A stretch of DNA of 64,000 bases from an uncultured Verrucomicrobiae bacterium (GTDB taxonomy: Bacteria > Verrucomicrobiota > Verrucomicrobiia > Palsa-1439). Under the pieces are notes generated by a model, which saw only the letters and a list, made by a program, of their open reading frames with translations, had not been told where the DNA came from and ran no database searches. This document shows, piece by piece, positions 25,886 through 35,767 of this stretch. A program made the translations under genes and the position numbers. How positions within the stretch are numbered: the first letter of the stretch is position 1; the number at the start of each line of letters is the position of its first letter. The stretch is taken from contig CAWFPN010000010.1 of NCBI GenBank assembly GCA_963817685.1, forward strand, positions 2,852 through 66,851, written 5' to 3'.

Positions 25886-25898
25886 GTGTTGCAATGCT
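25886..25898 (+). promoter_or_regulatory. Candidate integrase arm-type site (left end)
   Basis: gtgttgcaatgct lies 52 bp inside attL. The same GTTGCAATG core occurs twice near attR. Confidence 0.35.
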
Positions 25899-25926
25899 TT
25901 GATGCATGGTTTAGGGTGTTTTCACC

Positions 25927-27117
25927 ATGAAAGCCACTCCAACGACCCGCAAGAATCAAAAGCTCATTCATGTTGGCGACTGTCTTTATCGTTCAAGCAT
26001 CACGGACGTTTACTACGGTATTTTTGAACGTGACGGCAGACAAGTCAAGCGCAGTCTGAAAACCGCAGACCGCGAACTCGCCAAGCGACGCCTGGAAGAT
26101 TTACGGCGCAAGGTCGAGCGCCTCACCGCAGATGATTCCAAGACGCTCCCCTTCGCTGAGTACAAGCGCGATGAAAAGACCGGCGAGATGACGGCCGAGT
26201 TGATCGGCGGACTGGCCAAGCGATGGTTTGATGCCGTGTCTGTTTCGATCAAGCCCAAGACAGTCCGCATGTATCTCAACTCAGTCAAGATGCTGGCCCG
26301 GCACTTCGGTAGCGTGACCGTCCGCGGTATCGGCCTGCGCCAGATCGAGCAATGGGCCGCGCAGCGCAGCGTCCAGTGTTCAGCTCGCACTTACAACGCT
26401 GATCGGGACGTGCTGCATCGGATCTTGGACTACGCCTGCAAGCACGGCTTGCTCCTGGAGAATCCGGCCAAAGAAATACGCCGGCGCCAATTGAGCAAGG
26501 AGAAGATCGTCATTCCGACTAAAGAGCAGTTTCGTCAACTGTTGGCGACCATGCGGGCGAATTATGGCAATGACTCCGCCGATCTGGTCGAGTTTCTCGG
26601 GTATAGCGGCTGCCGCCTCGCCGAGGTCGTTGGCGACGGTGAGCAGGGTAAGCCACCGATGGTCTGGGGCGACGTGAACTTTGAGCTTAAGACCTTCACC
26701 ATCGCAGGGAAAGGCAGTGGCGAGACCGGCAAGAGCCGCACGGTCCCGCTCTTCCCGCCGCTCGAAAGACTGCTGCTCGCTCTCAGATCGAGATTGCCGC
26801 AACCGCCCAAACCAACGGACAGGATCTTTCACATCAAGTCTGCCATGACCAGCCTGAAACGCTCCTGTCGCAAGCTGGGCCTGTCGGAGTTCAACCACCA
26901 TGCCATGCGACACTTCTTCTGCTCCAACTGCATTGAGGCGGGCGTTGACTTCAAGGTAATCGCCGGCTGGCTTGGTCATGTTGACGGCGGCGTGCTGGTT
27001 GCGCGGACCTACGGGCATCTACGGGACGTGCACAGCCGCGAAATGGCCAAGCGCATCACGTTCGACGCTGCCGCTGAAGAACCCGACAACGTCGTCCCAA
27101 TGGCGACCGGGAGATAA
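25927..27117 (+). CDS. Tyrosine recombinase / phage-type integrase
   Basis: GCRLAEV (Arg), HHAMRHFFCS (HxxR), GWLGH, RTYGHL (Tyr). Adjacent to the tRNA. Confidence 0.85.
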   Translation: MKATPTTRKNQKLIHVGDCLYRSSITDVYYGIFERDGRQVKRSLKTADRELAKRRLEDLRRKVERLTADDSKTLPFAEYKRDEKTGEMTAELIGGLAKRWFDAVSVSIKPKTVRMYLNSVKMLARHFGSVTVRGIGLRQIEQWAAQRSVQCSARTYNADRDVLHRILDYACKHGLLLENPAKEIRRRQLSKEKIVIPTKEQFRQLLATMRANYGNDSADLVEFLGYSGCRLAEVVGDGEQGKPPMVWGDVNFELKTFTIAGKGSGETGKSRTVPLFPPLERLLLALRSRLPQPPKPTDRIFHIKSAMTSLKRSCRKLGLSEFNHHAMRHFFCSNCIEAGVDFKVIAGWLGHVDGGVLVARTYGHLRDVHSREMAKRITFDAAAEEPDNVVPMATGR

Positions 27118-27156
27118 GAGGGCCAAGGCGACCGGACGGTGCTGAGCGAAGGGCCG

Positions 27157-27348
27157 TTATTCAGCGCGCGTTTCTTTCAGAAACCGTTCGATCTCGGGAA
27201 GTGGAAACAACGGTCGCCGCAACGCCCGACAAGGCCGCAACAATCCACGGGCAACAAGTCGGTCAACCGTGATTGGTGCCACACCCAAGGCTTTGGCTGT
27301 TTCCTTTCGTGTAAGCGCGAGTCGAATTTCTTTAGTGTTTGTCTGCAT
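27157..27348 (-). CDS. Excisionase/AlpA-like helix-turn-helix protein
   Basis: 63 aa. LTRKETAKALGVAPITVDRLVARGLLRP is a MerR/excisionase-type HTH. Confidence 0.65.
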   Translation of the reverse strand: MQTNTKEIRLALTRKETAKALGVAPITVDRLVARGLLRPCRALRRPLFPLPEIERFLKETRAE

Positions 27349-27366
27349 GGCGATCTCCTGTCTGGG

Positions 27367-27639
27367 TTACGACTGTTTCATGTCTCTGCCACAATCCTTC
27401 GGCGGTGAGTTGCTCCAACGTGAAGCCATACGAGCGCCGGCGGCGGAGCGAGCGCAGTGCAATGTGGAGCGCAGCTCTGCGAGCAATAGATTGACGGCGC
27501 GCAGCGAGCCGTACAATCGAAACGGCTCCCACGCAAAGTCGATGACTGATGGAGCGGAATCATTCGCCCACAGATAGCACAAGGGAGTCGTTCGACCGTG
27601 TGGCTCGTACACAAGATGTCTGAAGGACGGCGCGGGCAT
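27367..27639 (-). CDS. Hypothetical protein (weak call)
   Basis: 90-aa ORF ending 18 bp upstream of the excisionase-like gene. Its composition is more protein-like than the overlapping ORF 27378..27926. No recognisable motif. Confidence 0.25.
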   Translation of the reverse strand: MPAPSFRHLVYEPHGRTTPLCYLWANDSAPSVIDFAWEPFRLYGSLRAVNLLLAELRSTLHCARSAAGARMASRWSNSPPKDCGRDMKQS

Positions 27640-27922
27640 CCTTCGTGAAGAGCAATCGGAATGATTGGAGTCAGTGAGAGGAGACTGTGCGGACAGGGTG
27701 TGTCCGCGACTACGGACTGTCCCCGAAGGGGCTGACCGGCAATTGACGGTCGCTCCTGGCTGTCGGTGGCGAGCAACGCGTAGCCACGGACAGCGACGCG
27801 TGATGGATGCGCCTTGGCAGCGCAGCAGACGCGGCGAGCAGGACGCGACTTAAGCGTCCGCCGCGCCGGGTCTGATAGCATTCTGCCGGCGAATGACCGG
27901 CGAAGATTGCACGTGGTTGCGT

Positions 27923-28321
27923 TCAACGCGCCGTCTCCCGCAGTCCGGTTTGACTGTCGTTGCTCCGTGGGGCATTGCCTGCTGTAATCGACGGCTGGGT
28001 GTTAGCCGCAGCGCGTTTTGGTCGGCGGCGAGTGCGCGACTTGGTGGCGGCGTCTCCGCCCGCCGTCCAGCGGCCCAGGCACTCGCGTAAACGTGCTGGA
28101 CTTACCGGCACGCCGGCAGCCTTCAACTCTTCTGCCAATTGGTCACTCTTCCAGCCTTTGCGGCGCAACGTAAGCAACCGTTCGCGCAGTGGCTCCAGCA
28201 CGTCGGCGGCAGTCTTCCGCTTCCTCGGCGGCTCGCGTTGCGTCAACTGCTCCAGTTTGTTCTCCAACGCCGCGTAATCCAGCTTCGTGGCGATCTGCGT
28301 GTAATCCATGCGTGTGCTCAT
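27923..28321 (-). CDS. Hypothetical basic protein, possible relaxosome accessory/DNA-binding factor
   Basis: 132 aa, divergent from the relaxase across a 467-bp region. Contains the HTH-like WKSDQLAEELKAAGVPVSPARLRECL and an Arg/Lys-rich tail. Confidence 0.45.
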   Translation of the reverse strand: MSTRMDYTQIATKLDYAALENKLEQLTQREPPRKRKTAADVLEPLRERLLTLRRKGWKSDQLAEELKAAGVPVSPARLRECLGRWTAGGDAATKSRTRRRPKRAAANTQPSITAGNAPRSNDSQTGLRETAR

Positions 28322-28788
28322 ACTCAGTTCCTTTCACTTTTCTGCCGTCCGTGATTGGATGATTTCACCGACAACGTTTGACTCGTCATTGAACGTTTGT
28401 TCAAGCAGCCTTGGCACTTGGCGGCGAGCAGCCAAGCGCACCGGCCTCCAGCAGCCCGCAGGTCGGGCCAGGAGGGGTAAGTGTCTAGACTGCTTTCTCA
28501 TTTTCTTGCCACATCAGGCCCACACACTCTGTGCACATCTACGAACAATCAGCACTGCGCTTCCGCGGAATGTGGTTTGCATAAGACCACTCACATCGGT
28601 TGCACTGTAATTCAGCCGGCCCCATCATCTCGTGTACCTGTTACACGACATGCGCCGGCTTTCGTGCCAGACTGCGCACCGATGACCAAGAACCAGTTCA
28701 TCGCCGCCTATATCACCACACGGGCACGTGCCAAATTGTTCCCGTTTGGGAACAACTTCACACCACGGTTCCGATAACGTTCCGGGCC

Positions 28789-31700
28789 ATGTTCAGCGCC
28801 ATCCCACAAAAGAATCGAGTCGCCGCCACGACGTATTTTGACGAGCACCTGTCGCACAACGATTACTACACCCTGGGCGAAGTGTTGGCGCACGACCAAG
28901 GTGGTCATTGGATTGGCATCGGCGCGGAACAGTTGGGATTGCAGCCGGGTGAGGTTGTCAGCCGCGAAGCGTTCCTGCGGCTCTGCGATAATCTCCACCC
29001 AACGACAGGCGAACAACTCACCCCGCAACAGTTGCGGGAGCGTCGGCTCTATTTCGATTTCGTCTGCTCGCCGCCCAAGTCGGTGTCGATTCTGGCGGTC
29101 ACGATGAATGACCATCGCATCATCGAGGCACACCAGGAGGCCTCCACGATGGCGCTACGGGAGCTTGAGCAGTTCGCCGCCACACGCATTCGCAAGGCCA
29201 GCATTGAGGATCAGGATCGCATCACCGGCAACCTGGTCGGTGCAGCGTTTCTGCACACGAGTTCCCGCGCTCTGGACCCGCAACTGCACACGCATTTCGT
29301 CCTGTTCAACTGCACTTGGGACAAGTCCGAGAAGCGGTGGAAGGCGCTGCAAACCGGCGATATGTTCGGCGCGCTTAACTACGGCACAGCCGTCTATCGC
29401 AACGAACTGGCCAAGCGGCTCCACCGACTCGGCTACGGCACCCGGAAGGCCGCCAACGGGTTCGAGATCGAGGGCGTCGCGCCTGAGTTAATTGACCGGT
29501 TCTCGAAACGGTCGCAGCAACGGGATCTGGCCGTGAAACGTCAAGAGGCCAAGCTCGGTCGCAAACTGACCAAGCAGGAGATCGCTCACGTCGTCCACCA
29601 GTCCCGCCCAAAGAAGCTCAAGGGCGCCACCGATGATCAAGTACGCCGACAGCAACTTGGTGAGATCGGTTTCTTCGAGAAGCGGGCATTGCGCAAAGTG
29701 GTCGAAGCGGCCAATGGTCAGTCTGAGGATTTCACCCACTCGGTCACGATGCACGAGGCCGTTGACCACGGCATCGCACACGTTTTCGAGCGCGCTTCGG
29801 TCGCGCCGCAACACAAGCTTCTGGAAGCCGCCCTGGTCAAAGGCTGCGGCCAACTGAACCTGTCCCTGCTAAAGAATGCGCTGGCGGAACGCTCCGAGCT
29901 GGTGCGCGTGGGTTCGGAGGTCTCGACCCGCGACATTCTCACCAAGGAGCTTTCATTGATTCGTATGGTCAACGCCAGCATCGACACCATTGCTCCGATC
30001 ACCAACCGCTATGAACCGGCCCCCCATCTGGGCCCGGACCAGCGCAAAACCCTGGCACACGTGCTCAGCAGCCCCGACCGGTTCACCGGTTTTCGCGGCT
30101 TGGCCGGCACCGGAAAAAGCACGCTCCTCGTTGAACTGAACCGCGTGCTCGACAATGAAGGTTTCGAGGCCCTGTTCTGCGCTCCAACTGCTTCCGCTGC
30201 CGATACGCTACGCAAGGACAAGCTGGAAGCCGTCACGCTCGCCAACCTGCTGGCGGATCGGGCCATGCAGCGAACACTTTCCGCGCGCAGCGTGATCGTC
30301 CTGGATGAAGCTAGTGCGGTCGGCCTCGATGACATGGTAAAGGTGTTCAATCTGGCCGTAAGCGCGGGCGCTCGCGTGGTGCTCTCCGGCGACACCGGCC
30401 AGCATGCCTCCGTTGCCCGTGGGGATGCGCTCCGCATCCTCGAACAGTATTCGTCCTACCGCTTCAGCGAACTGACCACCATCCGCCGCCAGAAACCCGC
30501 TGTGTTCCGTCAGGTCGTAGAACTGGCCGCCGCCAAACAGACCGACAAGGCGTTTGCCAGGCTCGTGCAACTCGGTGCAGTGACAGAATCGCCCGTGGAG
30601 GATGGGAAACTGTACCAGCGGGCGGCCTACGCTTACCTGTCGGCCATCAATCAAGGCCGGTCGGCGCTACTGGTGTCGCCTACTTGGGCCGAGATCGAAG
30701 CGGTCACGGAGAAGGTGCGTGAAGCTCTCAAAGTTGAGGGCATCGTCAGCCAGGATGAGCACACGCTGTGGGTGTTTGATTCGCTTTCGTGGACAGAAGC
30801 GCAAAAGAGGAATATGAGCCAGTACGAACCCGGCCAACGTGTACGCTTCGTTCGCAAGACCAAGGCGTTTGATCGGGGCGAAACGGTCGAAGTCGCGGCG
30901 GTTGGTGAGGACGGCTTGCGAGTGCGCCGTCACGATGGAACGGAAGTGGATTTCATCCCGGCCGGTGCCGCCGGCTCGTTCGACGTGGGCGAAGCGCGTG
31001 AACTAAGAGTCGCCGCTGGCGATTGGCTGCTCCTACAAGCCAACCACGGCAGAGAGTTCATCAACGGCGAGCGCGTTCAGGTGCGGGAGGTCAGCGGCGG
31101 CCACATCACGCTCACCGACGGCCGGGTGCTGCCGGGCACATTCAACACCTTCACGCACGGCTACGCCGTCACCTCGCACTCGTCACAAAGCAAGACCGTC
31201 GATCACGTGCTCCTGGTCGCATCGTCACGCTCCTTCGGCGCGGTGAATCGAGAACAGTTCTACGTTTCCATTTCTCGGGGGCGGAAGGGTGTCCATGTGT
31301 TCACCGATGATACCCAACTGCTCGCTCGCCGCGTCACGGATTCCCACGAGCGCAAGGCTGCCGTCGAACTCCAAGGCCTGCGCGATGACCTGGCCAAGCT
31401 CGGCTTCCTGCGGCAACGTCAGCAAGAGCAGGACACCGTAACCCCGGCAACGACGGTAAGCCAAGATTTTCGCGCGGTGCGCTCGATGCGTCAGTCGCCG
31501 CGAGTGTTTCGCGCCACGCGTTTATCTCCGGTGCAACGGCTCGCTCAGTTGATCGAGGATGTGCATCGCTGGCTTCGCGAACGGTCCGGCGTTGAGCAAA
31601 AGGAAGTTTTCGCGGAGAAGCTCCCGCAAACCGAATCCATCAAACAGGCTGAGGCTGTCAAACCAACTCAGAAAATCAAACGGTCGCACACGGTCAACGA

Positions 31701-31794
31701 AGCTCTCCAGCAAAAACAATTCACGCGCCCGAAGCTGAGTCGGACCATTTCGCAACAAGGTGACACCGGCCACTCTCGCGGTATTGGTGTCTGA
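28789..31794 (+). CDS. MobF-family conjugative relaxase (TrwC/TraI-like) fused to a RecD-like helicase
   Basis: Start at the internal ATG 28789 (MFSAIPQKNRVAATTYF). Relaxase His triad FLHTSSRALDPQLHTHFVLFN. Helicase Walker A GLAGTGKST, DEASAV, and C-terminal YAVTSHSSQSKTVD. Confidence 0.85.
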   Translation: MFSAIPQKNRVAATTYFDEHLSHNDYYTLGEVLAHDQGGHWIGIGAEQLGLQPGEVVSREAFLRLCDNLHPTTGEQLTPQQLRERRLYFDFVCSPPKSVSILAVTMNDHRIIEAHQEASTMALRELEQFAATRIRKASIEDQDRITGNLVGAAFLHTSSRALDPQLHTHFVLFNCTWDKSEKRWKALQTGDMFGALNYGTAVYRNELAKRLHRLGYGTRKAANGFEIEGVAPELIDRFSKRSQQRDLAVKRQEAKLGRKLTKQEIAHVVHQSRPKKLKGATDDQVRRQQLGEIGFFEKRALRKVVEAANGQSEDFTHSVTMHEAVDHGIAHVFERASVAPQHKLLEAALVKGCGQLNLSLLKNALAERSELVRVGSEVSTRDILTKELSLIRMVNASIDTIAPITNRYEPAPHLGPDQRKTLAHVLSSPDRFTGFRGLAGTGKSTLLVELNRVLDNEGFEALFCAPTASAADTLRKDKLEAVTLANLLADRAMQRTLSARSVIVLDEASAVGLDDMVKVFNLAVSAGARVVLSGDTGQHASVARGDALRILEQYSSYRFSELTTIRRQKPAVFRQVVELAAAKQTDKAFARLVQLGAVTESPVEDGKLYQRAAYAYLSAINQGRSALLVSPTWAEIEAVTEKVREALKVEGIVSQDEHTLWVFDSLSWTEAQKRNMSQYEPGQRVRFVRKTKAFDRGETVEVAAVGEDGLRVRRHDGTEVDFIPAGAAGSFDVGEARELRVAAGDWLLLQANHGREFINGERVQVREVSGGHITLTDGRVLPGTFNTFTHGYAVTSHSSQSKTVDHVLLVASSRSFGAVNREQFYVSISRGRKGVHVFTDDTQLLARRVTDSHERKAAVELQGLRDDLAKLGFLRQRQQEQDTVTPATTVSQDFRAVRSMRQSPRVFRATRLSPVQRLAQLIEDVHRWLRERSGVEQKEVFAEKLPQTESIKQAEAVKPTQKIKRSHTVNEALQQKQFTRPKLSRTISQQGDTGHSRGIGV

Positions 31795-31829
31795 ACGTTC
31801 AACCAAAACCAACAACCCCCAACGAATCA

Positions 31830-32189
31830 ATGCCTCTCGCCAAAGAAAATTGCTACACCACTGCCAACAAGTATTGCGCTTGCGTCGAGTTTCATCTCGA
31901 CAAGGAGCATCGCCACGGCTTTCACGCCAACCAGTTGATCGATTACACCTTGGAACCCAACCCGGACGCCAGCGAGGACAAGAACGCGCCGCCGCAAAAA
32001 CTCGCGCTCGCCTTCTCTACCGCCGACGTGGTGATTTTGGGCTGGCGTCTCGGTCGGCTGGCCGATTTGCTCCGTGAAAATGAGCTCGCCGCGGTCCACG
32101 TCCTGCCCAAACGCTATGCTGATCTCGACCGGGGCAGACCGTTTGTCACCTCGATCATTATCACCCCGATCAACAAAGGCCAGTCATAG
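31830..32189 (+). CDS. Hypothetical protein
   Basis: 119-aa ORF directly downstream of the relaxase. No recognisable motif. Confidence 0.4.
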   Translation: MPLAKENCYTTANKYCACVEFHLDKEHRHGFHANQLIDYTLEPNPDASEDKNAPPQKLALAFSTADVVILGWRLGRLADLLRENELAAVHVLPKRYADLDRGRPFVTSIIITPINKGQS

Positions 32190-32443
32190 GGTATGAATGG
32201 GGCTGCCGCGCTAGAATTCGAACCTACCGCGCCCGATTCGTGCAAGGTTTTGCAGATTAGGGAATTGCTTTATTTGCAGGGACTTGGGTCATTTCCGCCT
32301 TAGGCGTTGAAGGTCATTAGGGGGCAAAGAGAGGCAAGAATACTGGCACCGATCCGGCACCGATTTCGCCAACATAAGTGCCAGAATTCTAATGTTTGTC
32401 TGGGCTGTTATGTGGGCCAATAAGCAACCGATCAATGGGTTTT

Positions 32444-33518
32444 TCAGTCTCCAAAGGAGATGTCCAGGGTGCGCGCGGTCATCACGCCGTGCCAATCCAC
32501 AGGCACAAGATTGAGCTTGGCCGTCGCTTCCTTTAACGGCACGTAGTTGATCCGCGGCGGATTGATGGCAACCATGACGCCGTCCTGACCTTCGGCCAGC
32601 GCCCGCACCGCGGCCGCACCGAATGCCAAGCCGAGAAATCGGTCCAGCGAAGTCGGCTGTCCGCCGCGGAGCAGATGTCCGAGGACAACGGCGCGCGTTT
32701 CCTTGCCGGTCAACTCTCGCAACTGACCGGCCACGATCTCGCCGACGCCGCCGAGCCGCTCGACATGGCCGGGATTGGCGGCTTCCCTTAACGTCACGCC
32801 GCCGCCGACCGGCTTTGCGCCTTCGGCCACAACGACAATGGAATATTGCCGGCTCCGGCTCGCCGTCTTGCGTTTAACATGCGCGGCGACTTTCGTGATG
32901 TCGTACGGAATTTCCGGTATCAGAATCGCGTCCGCCCGACCGGCGATGCCGGTATGCAACGCGATCCAGCCAGCATACCGGCCCATCACTTCGACGACCA
33001 TCACGCGCCGGTGCGAGTCCGCGGTGAAATGCAGCCGGTCCACACACTCGGTCGCAAACGACACTGCGCTGTCGAAACCGAAGGTTATCGCCGTGGATTG
33101 CAGATCGTTATCGATGGTCTTCGGCACGCCCACGACGCGCAGGCCTTTTTCATTCAACTCTTGGGCGATGGCCAGTGTGCCATCGCCGCCGACGGAAATG
33201 AGCGCGTCGAGTCGATGTTCTCTGAAACGTCGCAGGACTTCGTCGAATCCCGTGCGTCTTGAATGGATTGCCGCGGTTGCTCGTGCCCAGCATCGTGCCG
33301 CCGAGGTGCACAATGTTGCGGACGACCGGGCGCGTGAGTTTTATCAGGCCGCCATCTGGATAACTGTCTGGGTCGAGCAATCCGTCGAGTCCGTCGCGGA
33401 TGCCGAAGATTTCCCAGCCGAGATTGCGCGCCGCATAGACGGCCGCCTGAATAACAGCGTTCAGTCCCGGCGCGTCGCCGCCGCCGGTATTGATGGCGAT
33501 TCGTTTGATGGCGTTCAT
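32444..33518 (-). pseudogene. pfkA: ATP-dependent 6-phosphofructokinase, disrupted by one +1 frame change near 33251-33260
   Basis: N-terminal frame (33518 down): MNAIKRIAINTGGGDAPGLNAVI...HLGGTMLGTSNRGNPF. C-terminal frame: GFDEVLRRFREHRLDALISVGGDGTLAIA...GVPKTIDNDL...MGRYAGWIAL. The span is 1075 nt (3n+1). Confidence 0.8.
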
Positions 33519-33817
33519 ACATTTACCCCGTCGATCGTTCTGCCATTGCGCACGGTAAAGGCCGGCAATTTCGCTGGCGCGGGCGTCACTTCGATGCTCA
33601 AGATGCTGTGCCTCGGAATGACCAGAAGCCGGCCGCTTAACTCCAGCACCAAGTCATGGGCCTGGAATGCCTTCTCGATCCGGCTGGCCAACATAACGTC
33701 ATCGCCGCCTTCTGGCGGGAACTGAAAGCGGTGCACGCTGCCGTCCACGAGCCGGACGATCATCGTTTGAGTCAGAGATTTTGGTTTCACGTGTTTGATT
33801 CCTTTCTTATCGGGCAT
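33515..33817 (-). CDS. Hypothetical protein (100 aa)
   Basis: Internal ATG (complement 33815-33817): MPDKKGIKHVKPKSLTQTMIVRLVDGSVHRF. Its stop overlaps the pfk start. The upstream part of listed ORF 33515..34060 overlaps the patatin gene. Confidence 0.5.
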   Translation of the reverse strand: MPDKKGIKHVKPKSLTQTMIVRLVDGSVHRFQFPPEGGDDVMLASRIEKAFQAHDLVLELSGRLLVIPRHSILSIEVTPAPAKLPAFTVRNGRTIDGVNV

Positions 33818-35201
33818 GTGTCTGCGTTGAGTATTCGGACTGCTCCTCGGACGACAAGTCGCACAGCAGTTTCTGGTAGCTCTCGGATTCGCGCAACAGC
33901 CGGCCGGCGACCTCGCGCAAGCGGTCGACTGCGCCGGGCGGGAGACTGAATTTCGTCGGTAGATTGTCGAAGTACTCCCGTTCCTTTGAGTCAGCCAACT
34001 GCTCGAAACTGACTTCGATGCCATAGACCTTGACGGGCTCCATGCCGGTTTGCCCATCATTCAATTCGCTTTCCCACTGTTCGATCCTGTCGTAAAAGAG
34101 TTGCCTGGTTTCGAAGGAATACCGGTTGATGACATCGCCGAAAGCGAAGCCGACTTCCACGATGCCGGGCGCCCGCGCGTGTTTGTCCCAACCGAGATCG
34201 CGGTGAGTGGCAGCGTTGACGGCAATGACGACGATTTTGCGGGGGCGTTTCACCCCGAAATACTGCATCGCCGGGCGTACTCCGCCGAGCGCCAGGACAG
34301 GCTCTAACGGTCCGCGCAAGCCCAAGTTGTCGGACAGACCACCGTCGATCAAATGAAAATACGGGTGGTCCGCCGCGTCCTGATAGGTGCGCATTTCCTT
34401 CGCTTTGAGGTAGCCGCGTGACAACCGCTCTCGTTGCACCAGCGCCGTTTCCACCTGCGGCGGTTCGGTGTACCCACAACTGCCGGCGTAGTTGTTGACC
34501 GTGATCGGAGTCAAGAGAACCGGGAATGCCGACGAGGCTGCCACCGCGCGGCCGACCGGGAACGTGGAAAGATCCGAGCACATCAAATCGAATTGGTCCT
34601 GCGTAAACCCAAAATGCGATGCCGATGACATGTCGGTCGCGTTTAAGAGCACAAACGGCGACTGGTAGGCCTGCGCTAAATCGCCGAATGTTTTGCCGCG
34701 AAACACATGCCGATCATAAAACTCCGCCAGCATGTCGCTGCGGCTGAAATACGGTGACGCGAACCGCACCCAATTCAACGGCGACAGCATCCGCCACATG
34801 AGCCGGTGCTGAATGTTTTGTTTCAGAAACACGCTTTCGTAGTCACGGAAAATCTCGTCTCCGAACAGGGCGTAGTACGCCGCCGTGAAACTGCCGCCGG
34901 AGACGGCGGAAATCATCTGCACCTCATCCAGCAAGCGTTTGTGCTGGCCTTCCCAGACAATGTCGGTCCGCGCCAGTTCCTCCAGCACGCCATAGGACAG
35001 CGCCGCAGCCCGATGGCCGCCGCCGGAGAATGCCAGCACGACGACCAGGCCGTCGGTGTTCTCCACCCTGGACACTGTCTTGAGACGATAGCCGGTGTCG
35101 GGGTTGTACTGAGTCAGCCGCGCATTCACCGGGTAATGAGCGCAGCCGGCGAGGAAGAGCGCATAGAATACGAACGCAATGCAGCTACTGCTTCGCCTCA
35201 T
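33807..35201 (-). CDS. Patatin-like phospholipase lipoprotein
   Basis: Start at the internal ATG 35201 with lipobox MRRSSSCIAFVFYALFLAGC. Oxyanion FSGGGHRAAA, nucleophile AVSGGS (GxSxG), catalytic Asp IDGGLSDNLG. Confidence 0.85.
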   Translation of the reverse strand: MRRSSSCIAFVFYALFLAGCAHYPVNARLTQYNPDTGYRLKTVSRVENTDGLVVVLAFSGGGHRAAALSYGVLEELARTDIVWEGQHKRLLDEVQMISAVSGGSFTAAYYALFGDEIFRDYESVFLKQNIQHRLMWRMLSPLNWVRFASPYFSRSDMLAEFYDRHVFRGKTFGDLAQAYQSPFVLLNATDMSSASHFGFTQDQFDLMCSDLSTFPVGRAVAASSAFPVLLTPITVNNYAGSCGYTEPPQVETALVQRERLSRGYLKAKEMRTYQDAADHPYFHLIDGGLSDNLGLRGPLEPVLALGGVRPAMQYFGVKRPRKIVVIAVNAATHRDLGWDKHARAPGIVEVGFAFGDVINRYSFETRQLFYDRIEQWESELNDGQTGMEPVKVYGIEVSFEQLADSKEREYFDNLPTKFSLPPGAVDRLREVAGRLLRESESYQKLLCDLSSEEQSEYSTQTHAR

Positions 35202-35202
35202 C

Positions 35203-35763
35203 TCACGCCTCTTCCTCAGGCTGCCCGGGTTGACCCGGCGGAAACAGCCGGTAAACGGCTTCGACAACGCCACCGTCCAAGCCACACTCTGCCTGTTTTT
35301 TGCCGACGGTCTCCAGTAGCCGCCGCATGGCCGTGTTGTACACCAGGAAGACAGCCTTCCAATGCCGGACGCCCGCTTGCCAGGCGCCCTCTGCGAGGGC
35401 AGCGAATACGAGTTTGCCAATGCCGTGCTGCTGCCACGCATCCGCCACCACAATGGCGACTTCGGCCAGGGCGAATTCGTCAGCGTCGCGCACGTAGCGC
35501 CCGACGGCGACAAGTTCCGGTTCACCGCCTTTGGCATCCGTCAGAAACGCTCCCAAGGCCAAGTGGTTCGCCCCGTCGCAGTGCGTGAAATATTTCAGCT
35601 CGGATGGCGAGAGACCGATCTTGTATGTCAGAAAACGACGGTAGCGCGATTCTGGCGAGAGTTGGCCAAAGCCGGTCTCCAACCTGGATGCATCATCGCC
35701 GCAAAGCGGACGCCACACGATCTGTGTCCCATCGATCAGAGTGCTATTGTGCGCCGAGTTCAT
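35203..35763 (-). CDS. GNAT family N-acetyltransferase
   Basis: VAIVVADAWQQHGIGKLVFAALAEGA is an acetyl-CoA-binding Q/RxxGxG/A motif. Confidence 0.7.
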   Translation of the reverse strand: MNSAHNSTLIDGTQIVWRPLCGDDASRLETGFGQLSPESRYRRFLTYKIGLSPSELKYFTHCDGANHLALGAFLTDAKGGEPELVAVGRYVRDADEFALAEVAIVVADAWQQHGIGKLVFAALAEGAWQAGVRHWKAVFLVYNTAMRRLLETVGKKQAECGLDGGVVEAVYRLFPPGQPGQPEEEA

Positions 35764-35767
35764 GTGC

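Noticed and set aside
27378-27926. 182-aa minus-strand ORF between the excisionase-like and basic-protein genes
   Set aside because: It is Cys/Arg/Ser/Pro-rich and motif-free, and it overlaps a more protein-like 90-aa frame. There is insufficient support for it, and the 90-aa call itself is only weak.
32197-32250. tRNA-like fragment (ggttcgaattc T-loop-like string; tggggctgccgcgctagaattcgaacctaccgcgcc), considered as a possible second att site or inner island boundary
   Set aside because: I could not fold a consistent T-arm or acceptor stem, and no matching repeat occurs elsewhere in the window. It is probably a chance GAATTC/TTCGAA palindrome in a low-GC junction.
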